Source of the DNA: Pyrobaculum calidifontis JCM 11548
GTDB taxonomy: Archaea > Thermoproteota > Thermoprotei > Thermoproteales > Thermoproteaceae
Reading direction: 5' to 3'
Length of the DNA: 32,000 nt
Assembly (NCBI RefSeq): GCF_000015805.1
Contig: NC_009073.1
Coordinates: forward strand, 570,001 to 602,000
How positions within the stretch are numbered: position 1 is the stretch's first letter; every line of letters begins with the position of its first letter. A program made the translations under genes and the position numbers. Positions 9,504-16,022 of this stretch are shown piece after piece. The notes beneath the pieces are model-generated. The model was given only the letters and a program-made list of their open reading frames with translations. It made no database searches and had not been told where the DNA came from.

Positions 9504-9529
9504 TTCGAATCCCGGCGGGCCCACCACGC

Positions 9530-9536
9530 TTATTTT
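9530..9536 (+). terminator. T-rich stretch after tRNA-Val
   Basis: TTATTTT begins 4 nt after the encoded CCA. Oligo-T is the usual archaeal termination signal. Confidence 0.4.
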
Positions 9537-9537
9537 C

Positions 9538-9600
9538 GGCGTAGTATATGCATATTGCCCGAGCGCTCTTTAAAAGTGGCGTAGTAGTAGGGATATGCCG
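9538..9600 (+). repeat. two imperfect direct repeats resembling the 5' half of tRNA-Val
   Basis: The copies are GGCGTAGTATATGCATATTGCCCG (9538-9561) and GGCGTAGTAGTAGGGATATGCCG (9578-9600). Both open with GGCGTAGTA exactly 40 nt apart. Compare the tRNA sequence CCCGTAGTCTAGCGGTAGGATGCCCG. Confidence 0.3.
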
Positions 9601-9816
9601 TGTAAAAAGAAGAAGAATGTAGCCAACGCAAAAACCTCCTAAATTTTTGCCGCTCTTTGTTTGTGCATGAGCAGTTTCCACTTCGCGCTTTCAGCATTTT
9701 CGTCGTATAGTATCGACGCGGGGGATAGAATGGTGCCGCGAGCAACTCTGCGTTTGAATTTGTGGCACGTGGTGGATAGCGAATTGTGGGCCGTTGTGTG
9801 TGGGGGTAGCGTATCA

Positions 9817-9864
9817 TCAGATAGGATGCCTCCTGTCACATGTCCGCCGGGTTCTCTTCATCAC
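9817..9864 (-). ncRNA. candidate C/D box sRNA overlapping the stop codon of the 9836..10429 gene
   Basis: The minus strand reads GTGATGA-AGAGAACCCGG-CGGA-CAT-GTGACAG-GAGGCATCCTAT-CTGA. This gives perfect C and D boxes, degenerate D'/C' boxes, guides of 11 and 12 nt, and 48 nt from box to box. Confidence 0.4.
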
Positions 9865-10429
9865 CTGTCAAGAGGTTTTTGCATCTTATCTGTATAAAGC
9901 TCATCGCGTCTGCGTATGTCTCGCCGCAGGTCACCACTGCGCTCTGGCCTTGGCTGAGGTGTTCTGACAAGTTCTCTGCCAGCTGTGGTATGTACTTTCT
10001 TAGTTTTTCATATGTCGGGGGTAGGACTAGGTCTTCTTGTTTTTCTACGATTAATGCTCCGCAGGCTCCTAGTCTTACGAGCTCGTCTCTCATGGCCACG
10101 GCGTTGGGGATTTTGTCGTCTATTATGAAGGCTAGGCACCTTTTCCCGCATAGGTATTTCCCAGCGTCGTTCATGGGTACCACGGCGCCTATTTTGCATG
10201 TGGCAAAGATGTCCCTTAGAAAGGTGTCTCCCGCCTCGGTTATCTTTGCCCCTCCTCTCATGATGTAGATGTGGCCGAGGTGGCGGCCGGCTTCTAAGAG
10301 CGCTCTGGCGACTCCCTCGCCTATTTTGAGCTCTTCTGCCAAATTGCGCCGGCCCCGGGGCGTGGGGGAGGTGCGCAGGAGGGCGAGTAGCTGTATGTAT
10401 AAAACTTCCCGCGTCTTTGCGGCGCGCAT
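9836..10429 (-). CDS. conserved archaeal protein with an N-terminal wHTH-like segment (recalled as DUF4443-like); putative regulator
   Basis: The N-terminal part (GRRNLAEELKIGEGVARALLEAGRHLGHI) is HTH-like. I set the start at ATG 10427-10429, about 22 nt from a TATA box, rather than the TTG at 10444. The family name is from memory only. Confidence 0.5.
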   Translation of the reverse strand: MRAAKTREVLYIQLLALLRTSPTPRGRRNLAEELKIGEGVARALLEAGRHLGHIYIMRGGAKITEAGDTFLRDIFATCKIGAVVPMNDAGKYLCGKRCLAFIIDDKIPNAVAMRDELVRLGACGALIVEKQEDLVLPPTYEKLRKYIPQLAENLSEHLSQGQSAVVTCGETYADAMSFIQIRCKNLLTGDEENPADM

Positions 10430-10446
10430 GTGTTTACAAATCAAAG

Positions 10447-10456
10447 TTTTTAAATA
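10447..10456. promoter_or_regulatory. single A/T box (TTTTTAAATA) placed symmetrically between two divergent start codons
   Basis: The box centre (~10451.5) is 22.5 nt from the minus-strand ATG (10429) and 22.5 nt from the plus-strand GTG (10474). There is no room for a second TATA box. Confidence 0.5.
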
Positions 10457-10473
10457 GGATACTTTCAGCTCCC

Positions 10474-11826
10474 GTGTCGGTGAGAATAGAGGAGGTTAAG
10501 TCCCAGTTTGAGAGATTTGCCGCGCACAGCCACATAAAGGGCCTCGGAGTAAGGGATGGGAAGGTGGAATTCATAGCCGACGGCTTCGTCGGCCAAGTGG
10601 AGGCCAGAGAAGCCGCGTACATCGTCGTTAAGATGATTAGGGAGGGCAAGTTTGCGGGGAAGGGGGTCTTAATCGTGGGTCCCCCTGGCACTGGCAAGAC
10701 CGCGCTTGCCTTGGGCATAGCTAGGGAGTTGGGCAGGGAGACTCCCTTCGTGGCCCTCTCTGGCGGCGAGATATACTCTCTCGAGGTTAAGAAGTCGGAG
10801 TTCTTGATGAGGGCGCTTAGGAGGGCCATTGGCATCAAGGTGCGGGAGTGGCGTAAGGTGTACGAGGGGGAGGTTAGGTCCATAGAATTTAGGTATGGCA
10901 GACACCCATATAACCCCTACATCCAGAGGGTCCTCGGCGCCACGATAAAGTTGCGCACTAGGGACGAGGAGAAGACTCTCCGTGTGCCTGCGGAAATCGC
11001 CGAGCAGTTGATAGAGCTCGGGGTTGAGGAGGGCGACGTCATTATGATCGACGAGGAGACGGGGGCTGTGTCTGTAGTTGGCAGGGGAGAGAGCGGCGAG
11101 CAGTACGACGTCGCTGTGAGGCGGAGGATTGAGATCCCCAAGGGCCCCGTCTACAAGGAGAAGGAGATTGTGCGGTTTTTCACTCTCCACGACGTGGACG
11201 TGTCGCTGGCGAGGCAGAGGGGGCTCATCTCTGCGATGTTGTTTGGCTTTGCGGAGGAGGTGAAGGAGATACCGGACGAGATTAGGAAGCAGAGTGACGA
11301 AATTGTGAGAAAGACGCTGGACGAGGGGAAGGCGGAGCTCGTGCCCGGCGTGTTGTTTATAGACGACGCCCATCTGCTCGACATTGAGAGCTTCTCCTTC
11401 CTAATGAGGGCCATGGAGACTGAGTTTGCCCCCATCATAATTATGGCCACGAATAGGGGGATCGCCAAGATTAGGGGTACCGACATCGAGGCGCCGCACG
11501 GCATACCGCAGGACATGTTGGACAGGCTCGTCATCATTAGGACGAGGCCCTACACCGCCGACGAGATAAGAGAGATTATACGCATTAAGGCCAGGGAGCA
11601 GGGCATATCTCTGTCAGACGAGGCGTTGAAGCTGCTGACCGACATAGGCGTCAACCACTCCCTCAGGTACGCCCTCCAGTTGTTAACACCGGCGTACATA
11701 ATAGCAAAGGAGAGGGGCAAGTCCTCCGTAGAGAGAGAAGAGGTGGAGTACGTGAGGCGCCACTTTGTGTCAGTAAAGGAGTCTGTGGAGTACGTGAAAT
11801 CGCTCGAGGAGAAATTCCTCAAGTAA
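10474..11826 (+). CDS. TIP49/RuvB-like (RuvBL1/2-type) AAA+ ATPase
   Basis: The N-terminus (RIEEVKSQFERFAAHSHIKGLG) is collinear with the eukaryotic RuvBL N-terminus. It has Walker A GPPGTGKT and Walker B VLFIDDAH, with an insertion domain between them. The start is GTG 10474 or GTG 10480. The ORF-track TTG at 10417 overlaps the divergent gene. Confidence 0.85.
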   Translation: MSVRIEEVKSQFERFAAHSHIKGLGVRDGKVEFIADGFVGQVEAREAAYIVVKMIREGKFAGKGVLIVGPPGTGKTALALGIARELGRETPFVALSGGEIYSLEVKKSEFLMRALRRAIGIKVREWRKVYEGEVRSIEFRYGRHPYNPYIQRVLGATIKLRTRDEEKTLRVPAEIAEQLIELGVEEGDVIMIDEETGAVSVVGRGESGEQYDVAVRRRIEIPKGPVYKEKEIVRFFTLHDVDVSLARQRGLISAMLFGFAEEVKEIPDEIRKQSDEIVRKTLDEGKAELVPGVLFIDDAHLLDIESFSFLMRAMETEFAPIIIMATNRGIAKIRGTDIEAPHGIPQDMLDRLVIIRTRPYTADEIREIIRIKAREQGISLSDEALKLLTDIGVNHSLRYALQLLTPAYIIAKERGKSSVEREEVEYVRRHFVSVKESVEYVKSLEEKFLK

Positions 11827-11846
11827 AGTGCTTAAAAACGGGCGGC

Positions 11847-11868
11847 TTTTGGGGATTTTTTGAGTTTT
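11847..11868 (+). terminator. oligo-T runs downstream of the TIP49-like gene
   Basis: TTTT, TTTTTT and TTTT runs lie within 22 nt, starting 21 nt after the stop. An A5 run at 11834-11838 could serve the convergent minus-strand gene. Confidence 0.4.
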
Positions 11869-11876
11869 GTCGTCGT

Positions 11877-12332
11877 CTACGGCGGGGTCCGGGCCTTGTA
11901 CGCGTTGTAGGCGGCGTATAGGATAAGTATTTGGCCTAGGTCTAGGTAGAACTGTGGTGGCGCGTTGCCCACTTTTATCACGTAGAGGAGGGGGTATACC
12001 TCGACGCCGTATCCCGGCGGCGAAGATGTGAAGAGGAGTGTGAGGTAGTGGAAGACCGCCGTGGTTATAGAGAGAAACGCCAAAGTCCACCGGACTCTGC
12101 CGGTTTGCCGTGTAAAAAATGTGGCGACTACTGCTGCGAATAGGAGGGTTACTAAGACGACGGTGGCCCGCCAGGGGTATAGCCAAAGGGGCGTGCCCGC
12201 CACCTCTTTGACGCCGGTTGGGGTTAGCACTTTGTTGGGCGGTGGCCGAAAGGCGTCTGATACTAAGTACTCCACTGGCAGAAACATCGCGACGATGGCC
12301 ACGGCGAGTATGGCGGCGTAGAGCTTCATCAT
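11877..12332 (-). CDS. hypothetical integral membrane protein
   Basis: It has about four hydrophobic helices. Its start overlaps the stop of the upstream M50 protease gene as ATGA. Confidence 0.5.
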   Translation of the reverse strand: MMKLYAAILAVAIVAMFLPVEYLVSDAFRPPPNKVLTPTGVKEVAGTPLWLYPWRATVVLVTLLFAAVVATFFTRQTGRVRWTLAFLSITTAVFHYLTLLFTSSPPGYGVEVYPLLYVIKVGNAPPQFYLDLGQILILYAAYNAYKARTPP

Positions 12333-13837
12333 CTGATCATCTGAAGCACTCTGTACTGCTCGCCGAGTACTCCCAGGGCGAGGTTGAAGATAAGCATGGC
12401 GGCTAAAACCACAGACAAGGCGTTCACCAACCGCTGCCCCCTCCTCTCTCCCAGCCTCCTCTGCGCCAGAGCCGCCACAAGCTGGCCTCCGTCAAGTGGA
12501 TATATTGGGAGGGCGTTCACCACCGCTAAGCCGTAGTTGACCACGAGAAACCAGAATACAAACTTTGTAAACTCGGTGTTGTAGATCTCGCTTGCCTTTA
12601 TGGGGCCCGCGTCGTAGCCTAGCATCGGGAGGCTTCCAGGGCCTAGCCCGTAGTACACCTCTCCCCCCTTCCCCACGAGGGTCACGTTCAGCGCCACAGT
12701 GGTGCCGTTTCTCTCCACTGCTACTCTTATCACGTCGCCTGGCCTGCAAAGCTTTTTAAGAGAGAGCAAGGTGGAAAGCAGCTGGCCGCCCCATCTTATT
12801 TCCTCGCGGACGCCGCATCCCTCTACTGCTTTTACGACGTCCCCTGGCCTAACGCCTGACTTGTACAAAGAGCCGTCTTCGAAAAGCCAGTTGATCCTCG
12901 GCGGCGTGGTGAAGTTTGAGTAGTCTAGCTTTACCTCGTATGTGCCCCACCACTTCCCCACTACTAGTGTCACCTCGTCGCCTGGCTTACACGCCGCCGT
13001 CTTATTAATGCCCATGAGGGGCCCCATGCCCGCCAACACGTTGATTTTGGTTATAAAGTCGTCCGGCGTATACACCCTCTCGGCCAAGCCGCAGCCCCTT
13101 ATCTCTAATACGCGGTCGCCGGCATCTACGCCGAATGCGGAGACTCCAAAGACGGCCCCATAAAGCCCGGCCCAAGCACCCGCAACCCCCGCAAGCATGG
13201 CCAAGAACGCCAAGGCCACGTTTGCCGCCACCCCGCTGGCCAACACAGCGGCCTTGGCCTCGACGCCACTCTTCTTGTACGCCTCCTCATCCGGCTCCAC
13301 GAAGGCGCCGCTTATTATGTAGAAGAAGGAGAAGACGCCGACGTGCCGCAGGGGGATTCCATACCTCAGAGCCGCATAGGCGTGCATAAATTCGTGAAGC
13401 GCCACTCCCACGGCTATTGCCACAGCCAAGTAGGGCAGTTGCCCCCAGGGGAGAGTCACGCCAGGTATTATGGGGGTGACTCCTGCTGACCGCGAGGCCG
13501 CCTCGGCCACAGGGGCTCCGCTGAGCAGAGTCTGAACGGCTGTGACTGTGCCGCCGATGAGCATGTACAAGAAGCCGGGCAACGCCTGCACTTGCCCGTC
13601 CGGCCTCACAAACGGCATTGCTATAAAGATTGGCGCAAGGGCGAGGACGAGGGCGACCGCCAGATAGGCCCTGAGCGGCACAAAACTGAGCCTCTTCACA
13701 AGCCCCTCTATACGCCGGTTAAGCCTCTCGGTCTTCCAGTATATGGCCACGAAGTACCTAACCGCGTTTTTATTCACCGCGTAGACTATCCCCACCACGG
13801 CGAACCAGCTCACCAAGAAGGCCACTAGCGGGTCCAC
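12329..13837 (-). CDS. M50-family (site-2 protease-type) membrane metalloprotease with a PDZ-like insert
   Basis: HEFMH lies within a TM helix, and the second motif is NALPIYPLDGGQL. The central soluble region (GDRVLEIRGCG..., GDEVTLVVG, GDVVKAVEGCG, GDVIRVAVERNG) is PDZ-like. The GTG start is about 28 nt from a TATA-like box. Confidence 0.8.
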   Translation of the reverse strand: MDPLVAFLVSWFAVVGIVYAVNKNAVRYFVAIYWKTERLNRRIEGLVKRLSFVPLRAYLAVALVLALAPIFIAMPFVRPDGQVQALPGFLYMLIGGTVTAVQTLLSGAPVAEAASRSAGVTPIIPGVTLPWGQLPYLAVAIAVGVALHEFMHAYAALRYGIPLRHVGVFSFFYIISGAFVEPDEEAYKKSGVEAKAAVLASGVAANVALAFLAMLAGVAGAWAGLYGAVFGVSAFGVDAGDRVLEIRGCGLAERVYTPDDFITKINVLAGMGPLMGINKTAACKPGDEVTLVVGKWWGTYEVKLDYSNFTTPPRINWLFEDGSLYKSGVRPGDVVKAVEGCGVREEIRWGGQLLSTLLSLKKLCRPGDVIRVAVERNGTTVALNVTLVGKGGEVYYGLGPGSLPMLGYDAGPIKASEIYNTEFTKFVFWFLVVNYGLAVVNALPIYPLDGGQLVAALAQRRLGERRGQRLVNALSVVLAAMLIFNLALGVLGEQYRVLQMIR

Positions 13838-13864
13838 GGAGGCCGCCCAGTAGGAGCTTAAAAA

Positions 13865-14448
13865 TTATAACTCTAGGGAAAGCCCGGCGCCGAGCCTATA
13901 CACGTTAAATCGGCGCTCAAGCTCCTTGACCAATTGAGGCGCCGTGTGCAAAGGCGCCACGCACCTCACGCCCAACAGCCTAAGCTCGGCCACAACTCTG
14001 TGTAAGAGGTAGGGGCTCTGCGAAGTGCCACCAAGCCCTCCCACGAAGCACCTCGCCTTGATCCCCGCCGAGACATTTCGCCGTATGGCACGGTGGACAG
14101 ACCACAGGGAGAGACCACGACCCCGTCCACCACCATGAAGTTCTCCCGCCTCCCCTTAAACAAGAGGTAGCGCCTCCCCCTCACCCTCAGCTCGAGGTCA
14201 TGCGGCGGATTGACCAGCGGCACGCGTAGAAGCTCAAAGCCGCCCACGTGGTGTGGGCTGTCTGGCATTCCCACGACGCCGACCACGGGCCTTGCCCCAC
14301 TCGCCTTTAGAAACGCGTCCATGGCCTCTCTGCTACAGCTGTCGAAAAGCACGGCGTCGTCAATTAGTACGCCAAAGCCGTGGCTGGGCTCCACCGCGCC
14401 TGGGCTCTCGGAACACACGGCAGTTATCTTAACCACATGCGGGTCCAT
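13865..14448 (-). pseudogene. COG1237-type metallo-beta-lactamase-fold gene, frameshifted and with degenerate metal-binding motifs
   Basis: From ATG 14448 the frame reads ...SHGFGVLIDDAVLFDSC...VVVSPCG and then decays into RRGSRRGASW before a stop at 13966. A second frame stays open from about 14155 to TAA 13865-13867. It reads ..HRAIRRNVSAGIKARCFVGGLGGTSQSPYLLHRVVAELRLLGVRCVAPLHTAPQLVKELERRFNVYRLGAGLSLEL, which continues the family pattern. The span is 584 nt, which is not a multiple of 3. Confidence 0.5.
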
Positions 14449-14483
14449 TGGAAAATTTATAAAACATGCGCCACGGCCCCTAC

Positions 14484-15179
14484 ATGAGGAGGTTGCTAAT
14501 CTCGCTGGCATCTATACTGGCCTTCTCTGCAATTCTCACATTCTACCCCGGCGAATATTTCACAGCTATTCTGCTCTACTTTGTGCTATTCTTCGGAATA
14601 ACTATCGCCATGGGTTTAAGAACCTATAGAAGAGGCATGGCTACAGTCCAGGAAATATCCAAGGGGAAGCCCCTCCTCGAAATAGACGAGAAAGAGGTGG
14701 GGAAAGTCATGGAAAAAGACAAAGAGCTTGTAGCAGAGTATAGAAGGCTCACTCGCTCCTCGCTCATACCGCTACTACTCCTCCCAGCCTTCATGGTGTT
14801 GGCCACGGTCCTCTTCCCCACTCTCCCGCCGCTCTTGGAATCTACGGCGGGGCCCGTAATAGGCGCCTACCCCGCCAGATTTCTCGCCTACGTCACAATA
14901 TTTTCAATATTCTCCGCTATCTCGATGCTCTTGTTCAAGCCCCCCACAATGCCCAGGATAGTGAGAAACGTCAAGATATACGAGGGCGGAATGGTGGTAG
15001 ACAAGGTGGTCGGGCTCAAGGCCCCCATCGAGGTAGAGGAATACACCGTCAACCCAGAGCGGCGATTTATACAATTTAAACTAAATAACCAGATATTTAG
15101 AATATATTACAAAGACGTAAAAGAACTTGACAGTATTTTACTAAAAATTATAAAGCCCTTAAAACAGCGAAGCCAGTGA
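14484..15179 (+). CDS. conserved archaeal membrane protein (four predicted helices plus a soluble C-terminal domain)
   Basis: I chose the start at ATG 14484, 25 nt downstream of the centre of TATA box AATTTATAAAA (14454-14464). The ORF-track ATG at 14466 is only 7 nt from that box. Confidence 0.55.
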   Translation: MRRLLISLASILAFSAILTFYPGEYFTAILLYFVLFFGITIAMGLRTYRRGMATVQEISKGKPLLEIDEKEVGKVMEKDKELVAEYRRLTRSSLIPLLLLPAFMVLATVLFPTLPPLLESTAGPVIGAYPARFLAYVTIFSIFSAISMLLFKPPTMPRIVRNVKIYEGGMVVDKVVGLKAPIEVEEYTVNPERRFIQFKLNNQIFRIYYKDVKELDSILLKIIKPLKQRSQ

Positions 15180-15485
15180 GCCAGCGATCTCCTCCTCGCT
15201 CGGCCCCTTCTTCTCCTCTTCCTCTTTCTTCTCCTCAGCCTTAGCCGCTGGAGCCGCTCCTCCAGCCGCGGCCGGCGCCGCAGCGGCCGCAGGCGCTGCC
15301 ACTGGGGCAAACGCGGCAGACTTAATGGCCTCGTCGATGTTCACCTCCTTTAACGCGGCCACCAGAGTCTTTATCCTAACCTCATCTGGCGTAATGCCAG
15401 CCGCTTGGAGCACCTTGGCCAAATTTTCCTCGTTTATTTCCTGTTTTGCGTAGTGCAACAGTAACGCCCCGTAGATGTACTCCAT
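15159..15485 (-). CDS. rpl12p: acidic ribosomal stalk protein P1 (L12e/L12P)
   Basis: It has the N-terminal [11 protein letters not shown] and an Ala/Pro hinge. The acidic tail [10 protein letters not shown]...[12 protein letters not shown] is diagnostic of archaeal/eukaryotic stalk proteins. Confidence 0.9.
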   Translation of the reverse strand: MEYIYGALLLHYAKQEINEENLAKVLQAAGITPDEVRIKTLVAALKEVNIDEAIKSAAFAPVAAPAAAAAPAAAGGAAPAAKAEEKKEEEEKKGPSEEEIAGSLASLF

Positions 15486-15581
15486 AGGCGGGCCCGAATA
15501 GGGGGTTTAAAAACTTAGCCCTAGCACAGCCCCGCTTGGTGGTCCAAGAGAACTCCGGCGGGTTGTCAAAAGAGCGGCGAA

Positions 15582-15785
15582 TTAAACCTCCTCCACCTTC
15601 ACGTTTTTGGCCTTCAGCTCCGAGATCAACTGCTCTGCCTTGTCGGGTGGCACCCTAATTGTGTAGAGATAGCCCGAGAGCCTCGCCTTTAGCTTCACGA
15701 AGTCCTCATATCGCTTTACTCTGACGACTTGGGCCTTCTCGCCGTATTTCTTCCAAAGTTCTACTAGGAAAATCTCCTTAGGCAT
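15582..15785 (-). CDS. rpl38e: ribosomal protein L38e
   Basis: This 67-aa protein has VKLKARLSGYLYTIRVPPDKAEQLISEL, collinear with eukaryotic L38 ([29 protein letters not shown], from memory). A TATA box at 15803-15813 lies about 23 nt upstream. Confidence 0.8.
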   Translation of the reverse strand: MPKEIFLVELWKKYGEKAQVVRVKRYEDFVKLKARLSGYLYTIRVPPDKAEQLISELKAKNVKVEEV

Positions 15786-16022
15786 GACGGCCCATAGGCG
15801 GGGATATATAAGTTTTAGGGACGTGGAGATGTACGACGCGTATCACACAGCTGGCTCACATGACGGCGAGAGGCGATCAGGTTTACGCGGGGCAGAGCCG
15901 TGGCTACGGTATAGAGGAGGTTGCTTAGGGAAGTGATTTGGCCGGGGTAACCCGCCAGGCTCATTCGCCCCACTCGGGGGTGTTGCCTAGGGCATTTATT
16001 GAGTAGAAGCTTGTTTATAAGC

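Larger units (their letters stand above)
9410..9526 (+). tRNA. tRNA-Val (anticodon UAC) with two introns and a genomically encoded CCA
   Basis: I folded the cloverleaf by hand. The acceptor is GGGCCCG/CGGGCCC, the D arm GTCT-AGCGGTA-GGAT and the anticodon stem CCCGC/GCGGG with loop CT-TAC-A[intron]C. The variable loop is TGATC and the T arm CCGGG[intron]TTCGAAT-CCCGG. The discriminator is A, followed by CCA. The mature length is 75 nt. Confidence 0.85.

Noticed and set aside
9421-9817. ORFs 9421-9681 (-), 9530-9817 (-), 9639-9839 (-) and 9661-9897 (+) in and around the tRNA.
   Set aside because: The first overlaps the tRNA gene itself. All have odd composition (Tyr/Arg/Ser/Cys-rich with few acidic residues) and no motifs. 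The plus-strand ORF from ATG 9667 lies 22 nt from a TATA-like box, so a transcript may start there, but the coding potential looks poor.
10669-11373. A 234-aa ORF antisense to the TIP49-like gene. Similar long antisense ORFs lie at 17287-17982, 24294-25052, 29919-30686, 2116-2619, 6883-7323 and 8134-8550.
   Set aside because: Each lies entirely opposite a gene with strong family motifs. Their translations are Arg/Pro/Ser/His-rich low-complexity strings with no recognisable motifs. They are the typical shadow ORFs of GC-rich, codon-biased genomes.
13135-13389. The Arg/Pro-rich ORF MRRLQRRPHKARPKHPQPPQ..., and the Arg-rich ORF at 15107-15310.
   Set aside because: These are alternative-frame translations of the M50 protease and P1 stalk protein genes. 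They are pure low complexity driven by GC-rich codons.
15487-15495. The 9-mer GGCGGGCCC, shared with the tRNA-Val 3' acceptor/T-stem junction (9514-9522), as a possible att-site remnant.
   Set aside because: A single GC-rich 9-mer match in 64 kb of two-strand sequence is close to chance expectation. There is no flanking similarity and no integrase nearby.
15815-15964. Small ORFs in the 237-bp gap: a 49-codon minus-strand ORF (ATG 15964 to TAA 15815) and a 33-codon plus-strand ORF from ATG 15829.
   Set aside because: They are short, have no motifs and are atypical in composition for this proteome. I cannot support either as coding without conservation or ribosome-profiling data, so I kept them only as a note under the gap finding.
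15830-16000. The idea that the 15786-16022 gap encodes the miniature Pyrobaculum RNase P RNA, SRP RNA or an H/ACA-like sRNA.
   Set aside because: I could not find the conserved P4/CR-I/CR-V-type sequences, SRP helix-8 motifs, or a hairpin-ACA arrangement by eye. The length is also wrong for SRP RNA. I left the gap as an unassigned candidate ncRNA region.
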